Shown: one piece after another, positions 57,672 through 64,000 of the stretch
How the letters are laid out: every line of letters begins with the position of its first letter
How positions within the stretch are numbered: the first letter of the stretch is position 1
Assembly (NCBI GenBank): GCA_964415865.1
Contig: CAYQBY010000003.1
Span: 3,158-67,157 of the forward strand
Source: an uncultured Piscirickettsiaceae bacterium
Lineage (GTDB): Bacteria; Pseudomonadota; Gammaproteobacteria; GCF-002020875
Length of the DNA stretch: 64,000 nucleotides
Direction: 5' to 3'
Notes under the pieces: generated by a model
What the model saw: only the letters and a program-made list of their open reading frames with translations
What the model was told of the DNA's origin: nothing
Database searches by the model: none
Made by a program: the position numbers and the translations under genes

Positions 57672-59236
57672 TGTTTTACCTCCTCTTCACTACCCTCTCC
57701 ACTATCCTGCTCACCGCTATAACCATGCAGGTAGTCACGGAACTCTTTGATCTGTGAATCAAGTTGTTTTTGGTCGGGACTCTCGGCACGGAAAATACGG
57801 ATACGGTTACGATCAACTCGTGAGCGCAGTGCAGGCTTTCTGTCCTTATGAATCCTCTCATCAAGCCAGTGATTTCCAAGACGATAGTGGCAATTATTCT
57901 CCAGACAACCGGTAATAAATACACCGTCTGCATTACCACGTCTGAATGCATAATCAATGAATGAGGCTGGCAACATTCCTGTGCACGGAAGGGTAACTAC
58001 TGCTGTATCACCACCCTTGTATCTATCCAATTCAGCTGCGTGATCACAACCAAAGATGATAATACGGGTCTCACCATCCAATGCTCCAAGTTTGGTGTTG
58101 CACTCCTCACGCAACATATTGACTGACTCATGAGGCATATCAATACCGGTCACCAGTGGCTCCATCTTTCTGAATGGAGTTGATGATGGGCAGGAACCAG
58201 CACAGATTCCACAACTGGCACAGTAGCTATCATGTACTACTGCAACCTCATCATATGGGAGATCATCCGTTCTTGGCTCCATAGTGATTGCGCTATATGG
58301 GCAATCATCAACGCACTGACCACAACCGTTACACTCCTCCGGGAAGATCACGGCAACCGGCGGCTGCTTCTTCTTGGGGAACCATGGAAGAATAATCAAC
58401 AGGGCACTAACTGCCCAGACCAGAGACCATACCGCCCACATTGGCCAGCTATCAGCTAGTGGATAGATATTAAGATAGAACCAGTCAAGATTTATATCGG
58501 TTGGTACCGTATCAAGATTTGCCTGTTCGTGGCTCACCGCCGGCTTGTATAGTGAGAGTGCAACAAGGGCAACAAGCGTTCCAATAGCCAGACCACGTGG
58601 CGGATTAATAACCGAACGACTTATCCGTAGCAGGTGTATCCAGATCCCGAAGAGCAGGAATATTGGCAGACCGATAACGTGGATGAACGCAATCAGGGTA
58701 AAGAAGCGGTCATTCATATCATCACTGGTCAGGAAGTTCCTGGCCATCGGCTCAGTAAAGATTGGCAGCCAGTCCATCATCTCTGATGATGCGATTGCAA
58801 CATACTGAGCCATGGTATCCCATACCATCCAGTACCCAGAGATACCAAGCAGTGCTGTCATCCACAACAGTGGTACCCCGGAAAACCAGGAGAACCAGCG
58901 AAAGCTGCGGAACCTATCCAACACAAACTCACGGCTCAGGTGAAGGATGATGGTAATGATTGCGGCATCAGATGCATATCGATGGAGGCTGCGCATAATC
59001 CCGGCAGACCACCACAGCTCATTACTCATGTATTCCAGTGATGACCAAGCCCCAAATATACTGGACTCGTAAAGTACAAAAACATATATCCCACTTACCA
59101 GAACGATCCAGAATAGATATACGGTCAGGGCTCCAAGGTGGTAGATGGGGTTCAGCTCTTTGGTGAAAAATATATTGAACCATCCCTCCATCGTAGAGAC
59201 TACGGACTCTCTAACTTTTTGTATGTGATTATTCAT
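57668..59236 (-). CDS. Fusion protein: N-terminal diheme cytochrome b (bc-type Cytb_N-like) plus 2x[4Fe-4S] ferredoxin plus MvhD/FlpD-like Cys-rich domain
   Basis: TM helices with paired His (HLGALT, SLHRY...ILHLS, FIHVIG...IHLL); CNGCGQCVDDCP and CASCGICAGSCP; C-terminal FGCDH...LPCTG...TGCLENNCHY. Confidence 0.65.
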   Translation of the reverse strand: MNNHIQKVRESVVSTMEGWFNIFFTKELNPIYHLGALTVYLFWIVLVSGIYVFVLYESSIFGAWSSLEYMSNELWWSAGIMRSLHRYASDAAIITIILHLSREFVLDRFRSFRWFSWFSGVPLLWMTALLGISGYWMVWDTMAQYVAIASSEMMDWLPIFTEPMARNFLTSDDMNDRFFTLIAFIHVIGLPIFLLFGIWIHLLRISRSVINPPRGLAIGTLVALVALSLYKPAVSHEQANLDTVPTDINLDWFYLNIYPLADSWPMWAVWSLVWAVSALLIILPWFPKKKQPPVAVIFPEECNGCGQCVDDCPYSAITMEPRTDDLPYDEVAVVHDSYCASCGICAGSCPSSTPFRKMEPLVTGIDMPHESVNMLREECNTKLGALDGETRIIIFGCDHAAELDRYKGGDTAVVTLPCTGMLPASFIDYAFRRGNADGVFITGCLENNCHYRLGNHWLDERIHKDRKPALRSRVDRNRIRIFRAESPDQKQLDSQIKEFRDYLHGYSGEQDSGEGSEEEVKQ

Positions 59237-59324
59237 AGGTGAGAACTTTTTACCTTACTAAGTTTTTTATTATATTGCGCGTGACACACTACTGCGTAAA
59301 TGTTTCTAAAATATTTCCATAAAG

Positions 59325-60149
59325 TTATTTGCGTCGATTGATTACAAACTCCTTGATCAGGAAATAGACTCCAATGGAAATAATCATGAAACCAATAAAC
59401 ATACTGACAAAAATCGAGTAATCAAACCTATAACCCCCGCTGGCAGGGTCATATACCGTACAGAAAAAGCGAACACGATCCTCTATGTTTGCAACAATTC
59501 CTCTATTAGTGGGCCGCTTGTAGACCAACTCCTTGAGTGGCTCCATAATCAGTGGCGCATCGTATGATTCCCCATATACCTGGGTATATATTTTGCCTTT
59601 TTGATCAACAACAGTGGCCTGCAGAATATGGTCAAAACCCTTGGTTGTTCTGATATAGGTAAAACCAACATCATTCATAAACCTTTCGACACTGCTGGCA
59701 TCCCCGCTCAAAAAATACCAGTTATCCAGATCAATTCTTCTTAATTTTGCATAATCCTCCATCATCTCTGGACTATCAATCATGGTGTCAAAACCGAGAG
59801 TGATGACATTAAATTTGTCAGAACCGAGTGATTCAGTGGCTATCTCGACCATCTTTTTAAGATGTTCGGTAGTCATCTGACAGATATGGTAACAACTGGT
59901 GTATACCAAATTAACTATTAACGGCTTATTGCGAAAACTTTCCAGGTGAACTGGCATCCCATTAATATCAGTGAATGTATAGTCTGATAGTATGTTACCA
60001 ACTGCCCCTCTGCTCTTTTCAAGTGCTGAGGCATGGTCAAAAACACCCTCCTCTACATCTGCAGAGAACGATATCTGGGAAATACCCAAAAGCAGAAAAA
60101 ACAGAGCTGCCGTAGAGAACCACAGACTGACATCTAGCCATTTATACAC
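59325..60149 (-). CDS. senC: SCO1/SenC copper chaperone with N- and C-terminal membrane segments
   Basis: CYHIC CxxxC motif; conserved FDHIL His. Confidence 0.75.
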   Translation of the reverse strand: MYKWLDVSLWFSTAALFFLLLGISQISFSADVEEGVFDHASALEKSRGAVGNILSDYTFTDINGMPVHLESFRNKPLIVNLVYTSCYHICQMTTEHLKKMVEIATESLGSDKFNVITLGFDTMIDSPEMMEDYAKLRRIDLDNWYFLSGDASSVERFMNDVGFTYIRTTKGFDHILQATVVDQKGKIYTQVYGESYDAPLIMEPLKELVYKRPTNRGIVANIEDRVRFFCTVYDPASGGYRFDYSIFVSMFIGFMIISIGVYFLIKEFVINRRK

Positions 60150-60175
60150 AGAGAGACCCTCTCGGTATTGTCTGA

Positions 60176-61048
60176 TCAGACCAGCTGAATATCAACAACA
60201 GCTGCAATCAACAGCAGTGTCAACTGAACAAGTGATGCGTAGAAACTAGACATTGCCGTATCCCGGTTGGTATCACGGATAAGTACAATGTTTTTATATA
60301 GGAAGTAGAAACCACCAACAGCTGCACCTGCAAAATAGACAAACCCAAGACCCAGATCAAAGAAAAATGGGGTGAATGAGGCACCCACAAGAAGTATTGA
60401 GTTACCAAAGATTGCCCATGCCGCTTTATGATCACCCACAACAACAGGAAGCATCGGAATCCCGCCACGAGCATAATCGTCATGCAGGGTTATCGCCAAA
60501 CTCCAGAAATGTGATGGTGTCCACAAGAAGAGGACAACAGCAAGAATCAGTGGAAATGTATCCAGTCCAGTTGGGTTTACTGTTGCAGCACCAGCCAGTA
60601 CAGCAAAGCTACCGGCAAGTCCGCCAATAACAATATTGAGCCAGGTTCTACGTTTCAACCACCATGTATAGACAAACGCGTAGAAAAAAGCACCAAGAAA
60701 AACATAGAATGCGGCCACACCATTCAGTATATAGGCAGCACCAAGAACAGATACAAACAATAGAGCATAGAGAAACAGTGGCCAACCAATGCCAGCCTTG
60801 ATCTCTCCTGTTACAAATGGACGATTGCGTGTTCTCTCCATTCGACCATCATAATTACGCTCAAGATACTGGTTAAACCCACCTGCACTTGCTGATGAGA
60901 GTAGAACAACCACCAATAACGTTAAGATCTGTGGTAGCGGGACAGATGGCCCTGGAGTAACGGCTAGTCCGACAAGTGCTGTAAGCGCAATTGTGACGCC
61001 AATACGTAACTTAAAGATATTTGCAATTTGCTTAAATCCAAGCACCAC
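60176..61048 (-). CDS. ctaB: Protoheme IX farnesyltransferase (heme O synthase)
   Basis: UbiA-superfamily motif (NQYLERNYDGRMERTRNRP); 8-9 TMs. Confidence 0.8.
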   Translation of the reverse strand: MVLGFKQIANIFKLRIGVTIALTALVGLAVTPGPSVPLPQILTLLVVVLLSSASAGGFNQYLERNYDGRMERTRNRPFVTGEIKAGIGWPLFLYALLFVSVLGAAYILNGVAAFYVFLGAFFYAFVYTWWLKRRTWLNIVIGGLAGSFAVLAGAATVNPTGLDTFPLILAVVLFLWTPSHFWSLAITLHDDYARGGIPMLPVVVGDHKAAWAIFGNSILLVGASFTPFFFDLGLGFVYFAGAAVGGFYFLYKNIVLIRDTNRDTAMSSFYASLVQLTLLLIAAVVDIQLV

Positions 61049-61116
61049 GACTCTATTACCTCGTTAATTCAGAACTTGTACTATGCTCCCATTATAACAG
61101 AGCAACCTAATACACA

Positions 61117-61152
61117 ATAAAAAACAGGGGCAGGCTCGAATGCCTGCCCCTG
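61117..61152 (-). terminator. Rho-independent terminator between HCO subunit I and ctaB
   Basis: CAGGGGCAGGC-tcgaat-GCCTGCCCCTG stem followed by a T-run on the minus strand. Confidence 0.7.
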
Positions 61153-61165
61153 AGTTTTGGTTCGC

Positions 61166-62902
61166 TTACGCAAGTCCCCAGACAGATGCCAGGTACTTCC
61201 AGTTAACGAAGTAGTAGAGAACAAAGGTAACAAGGAAGGCCAGTGCCAGAACGAATGTTCCTGGAGCAATGAACCATCCCATACCGATATTTGCATGTCC
61301 CTCATCAGCAGGGGCACGCATCAGCATTGCTGGTCTCTCTGTAGTGTAGCTGTCAAGACCACGGAATCCCATGAACCTAACCTTGCTATCTGTCTTCTTG
61401 CCGAAGAGCAGTGTACCTACTGTCAGCAGACAGAATATGGCTCCACCAAGGACCGCAAGAATCGCAAAGATACCGGCCAGACCCATGATGGTGTAGGCAA
61501 TTGCTGGGTACTCATAGGCATAAGGAGCACCAGTAAATGCCATGTCCCAATGTCTACGGGCAACACCCATGGTACCTGCTCCCATCAGGAAGAGGGAGAC
61601 ACCCGCCATTCCAAGACCAAACAGGTATGGTTGCAGTTTGGCAATTGATGGGAAGATAATCTCACGACCAAACAGGGTTGGTAACAGGAAGTAGGTAACA
61701 GACATGAACGCCATTGTTGTACCCAGTACCACCGTTGCGTGGAAGTGACCTGGTACGTAGATGGTATTATGGATGATCAGGTTGATCTGCTCCACACCCA
61801 TGACCACACCTGAGATACCACCCAGGAATCCAAAACCGATCAAGGAGATAAACATTGAGGAGAATACAGGATTACCCCAAGGTGCTTTCTTCAGCCACTG
61901 GAAGAGGCCACGATTGAGCCCTTTCATACGCTGAGCAACCTCAATTGATCCTGGAACAGTCAGTCCGTGAATCATACTAGCCAGTACAGCGAGGTACATT
62001 GCATAACTGGTGTTGAATACCTTCCAGACAGAACTCACACCTGGGTCAACCAAAATATGGTGAGCAGAAGCGAGCTGCAGGAAGAGGATGTACAACAGGA
62101 ATGCTGAACGACTGATCTTCTCGGACATTGGTTTTGCACCGAACAGTAGTGCTGCAACCATGTACCAGATTGAGATATGAGCGGCAACGTTGATCTGCTG
62201 TGAAGAGTGACCCAATGCCCACCAGATAACTCGATACATCAATGGATCAATATTTGAAATCAGCCCAAGAGACCAGAGGAATGTAGGAATCAGGATGATT
62301 GCACCAGATGCGATGGTAAAGACAGCAATAATTGCTGCAACAGTTGCACCAAATACAACCAGAGGAACTGATCCCTCATAAGTCTTCTCCTCTTTGGCAA
62401 TTACAAGCGTACCGAAGAAGATGAAACAACCGATCAGAGCACCAACAGCAAACAGAATAAGTCCCAGATAGAACAGAGGATCTGCTGGCATTGGTACATA
62501 AGAGGTCATCATCACGCTGGAGTTACCCATAATGATGGCGTAGTTAGTAATCAACGCACCAACAAGCATCAATCCAAACTGAACCCATCCCCACATTGGG
62601 GTTGCCAATCTCGAACGCAGTAGCGTCGATGAGGCAAAGTAGAGTACTGCCATCTCAAAGAAGATGATATAGATAATCAACATATCGATACCGTGACCAG
62701 TCAGTGCCTGATAGAACTGACCGGCTGGAAGTATATGCAATGTTGGCATACGTGTAGCCGTTACCAGCGCAGCAAGGATTCCACCAATAAGGAGGAATAC
62801 CGTAGCAGCAATAGCATTGGCCTTCATTAGATTTTCCGCATTCTTGTGAAAGACAAGCCCTGTGCCTGTCTCTGTACGGAATAGTGGTTTTGCAAAACTC
62901 AT
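61166..62902 (-). CDS. Heme-copper oxidoreductase subunit I lacking the cross-linked active-site Tyr (sNOR/B-family-like, putative NO reductase)
   Basis: Twelve-plus TMs; heme ligands (H in TM2, GHFHATVV in TM10); CuB/FeB His (WWALGH, AHHIL); GHSSQQ where A/B-type oxidases have GHPEVY. Confidence 0.75.
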   Translation of the reverse strand: MSFAKPLFRTETGTGLVFHKNAENLMKANAIAATVFLLIGGILAALVTATRMPTLHILPAGQFYQALTGHGIDMLIIYIIFFEMAVLYFASSTLLRSRLATPMWGWVQFGLMLVGALITNYAIIMGNSSVMMTSYVPMPADPLFYLGLILFAVGALIGCFIFFGTLVIAKEEKTYEGSVPLVVFGATVAAIIAVFTIASGAIILIPTFLWSLGLISNIDPLMYRVIWWALGHSSQQINVAAHISIWYMVAALLFGAKPMSEKISRSAFLLYILFLQLASAHHILVDPGVSSVWKVFNTSYAMYLAVLASMIHGLTVPGSIEVAQRMKGLNRGLFQWLKKAPWGNPVFSSMFISLIGFGFLGGISGVVMGVEQINLIIHNTIYVPGHFHATVVLGTTMAFMSVTYFLLPTLFGREIIFPSIAKLQPYLFGLGMAGVSLFLMGAGTMGVARRHWDMAFTGAPYAYEYPAIAYTIMGLAGIFAILAVLGGAIFCLLTVGTLLFGKKTDSKVRFMGFRGLDSYTTERPAMLMRAPADEGHANIGMGWFIAPGTFVLALAFLVTFVLYYFVNWKYLASVWGLA

Positions 62903-62915
62903 TATTAATTACCCC

Positions 62916-63458
62916 TTATTCTGTAACGTAAATTTTACTGGTCATGAAATGATGACCTACACCACAATACTCATTACAGATTATTGTGAACTCACCAGTC
63001 TGGTTTGGCGTAATTGTTATTACTGACTCATAACCTGGCAAAACCTGGGTATTTACATTGATTGGCTGTACAGAGAAGCCGTGCTGCCAGTCAATTGAGG
63101 AGAGATGCAGACGATATGACTCGTCCTTCTTTAGCTCCAGTGCTGGGTACCACTGCCACTTCTTGCCAAGCATGTAGACATCACTGCCAACAGGTGGTTT
63201 AACAACCGGAACATTCCACGCGGTCTCTCTACGCACTTCGTGTGCTGCAACCATGGCATCAACCTTTGCCTGAAACTTCTCAGGGGTAGTTTTATATGCC
63301 TCATTGGAAAGATTCTGGTTTCCATAGATGTGCCAGATAGGCATCATCGCAAACATAAACAGACACCAGATAAGTGCGATCGCAACCCATAGTCCCTCGG
63401 ACCGATCTACCGGAGTTTTCCACCAGATGGTTTCTGTTGGGGGTAGTATTGAACTCAT
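62916..63458 (-). CDS. Heme-copper oxidoreductase subunit II with a complete CuA site (ba3-like, single TM)
   Basis: H...CNEYCGVGHHFM CuA motif; 180 aa. Confidence 0.8.
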   Translation of the reverse strand: MSSILPPTETIWWKTPVDRSEGLWVAIALIWCLFMFAMMPIWHIYGNQNLSNEAYKTTPEKFQAKVDAMVAAHEVRRETAWNVPVVKPPVGSDVYMLGKKWQWYPALELKKDESYRLHLSSIDWQHGFSVQPINVNTQVLPGYESVITITPNQTGEFTIICNEYCGVGHHFMTSKIYVTE

Positions 63459-63761
63459 AACAGACTCTCCTCCTGAATTATGGGGCTATGGGGATAGAGA
63501 TGATCTCCATGATTCCCCACAAGGTATAGAAAACGGTTGGTACGGCTATTCCAAGAAATAGCAGCAAGAATGGGTTATCGAGCAAGCGCTGCATTGCAGG
63601 TACTCTCTCTTCTTCTTTAGTCTGTTCTTCCACTAGTTGACTCCCTCTGATGTTATAAAAAATATTAACTGATTAATTTGATCTATCTGCCCGCCACAAA
63701 GCGGATACAGATATACCGCAGGTTAGGCCAGCAATTTATACTCTTTAACCAACTATAGCTA

Positions 63762-63775
63762 CGTGACCTAGATCA
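63762..63775. promoter_or_regulatory. Candidate Dnr/FNR-like box gTGAC-CTAG-ATCAA, ~300 bp upstream of the HCO operon
   Basis: TGA-N6-TCA core with the same CTAG centre as the nirS2 box. Confidence 0.35.
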
Positions 63776-64000
63776 AATTGAAATAAAACTGAAACAATTC
63801 AAGAGCCATAATTGCTGATTGATTGTAACAATAGTTTTAAGTTGTGGGAGTTTAAATGTCCGTTGATCCTAATTATTTATATCAACTAGCAGACATTAAA
63901 TTGCGTTAAATCAGCTAATCCACAAATCTGCCTCTACTCCCCCATGAAGACGGTTTTTCAACGCAACTTTCCAACCATTGACATCAGCAAGATTTTTTAC

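Noticed and set aside
63459-64000. AT-rich 540-bp region upstream of the heme-copper operon with small ORF 63328-63561
   Set aside because: No convincing coding signal. It is treated as a promoter/leader region, and only the FNR-like box at 63762-63775 was recorded.

Overview
This 64 kb window reads as a dense respiratory (denitrification) island from a probable sulfur-oxidising proteobacterium (about 48-50% GC by eye). It carries a near-complete reductive nitrogen pathway plus cofactor support. In order: (i) a clade-II-type nos cluster (nosZ, 5' partial, then two c-type cytochromes, nosB-like, nosDGHF, nosL, nosY); (ii) a diheme cyt c4 and menaquinone biosynthesis genes menC, a thioesterase, menD, menB and menF; (iii) on the minus strand, a DsrC/TusE-like gene, narIJHG and two narK transporters, followed by narXL; (iv) an HPP protein, small unknowns and slyD; (v) a second men operon (menA, a novel tri-heme cytochrome, ubiE, a truncated menE-like gene); (vi) a ZnuA-like/SCO1 fusion and a TusA-like gene; (vii) cyt c4 plus hemerythrin, a dnr-type regulator, a cupredoxin and a NirT-type tetraheme fused to an extra domain; (viii) two tandem, nucleotide-identical nirS copies with different N-termini, then nirE-nirC-nirF-nirDLGH-nirJ-nirN; (ix) two heme A synthases and an NnrS-like protein; (x) an unusual heme-copper (NOR/oxidase-like) operon with a CuA subunit II, a tyrosine-less subunit I, ctaB, senC and a cytochrome b-ferredoxin-MvhD fusion. 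No rRNA, tRNA, CRISPR, IS or integrase was seen. Regulatory signals I could read directly include FNR/Dnr-type boxes, several rho-independent terminators and a 1.54 kb perfect direct repeat. The most novel-looking parts are the duplicated lipoprotein/soluble nirS pair, the NirT fusion, and the atypical heme-copper operon with its cyt b-FeS partner.
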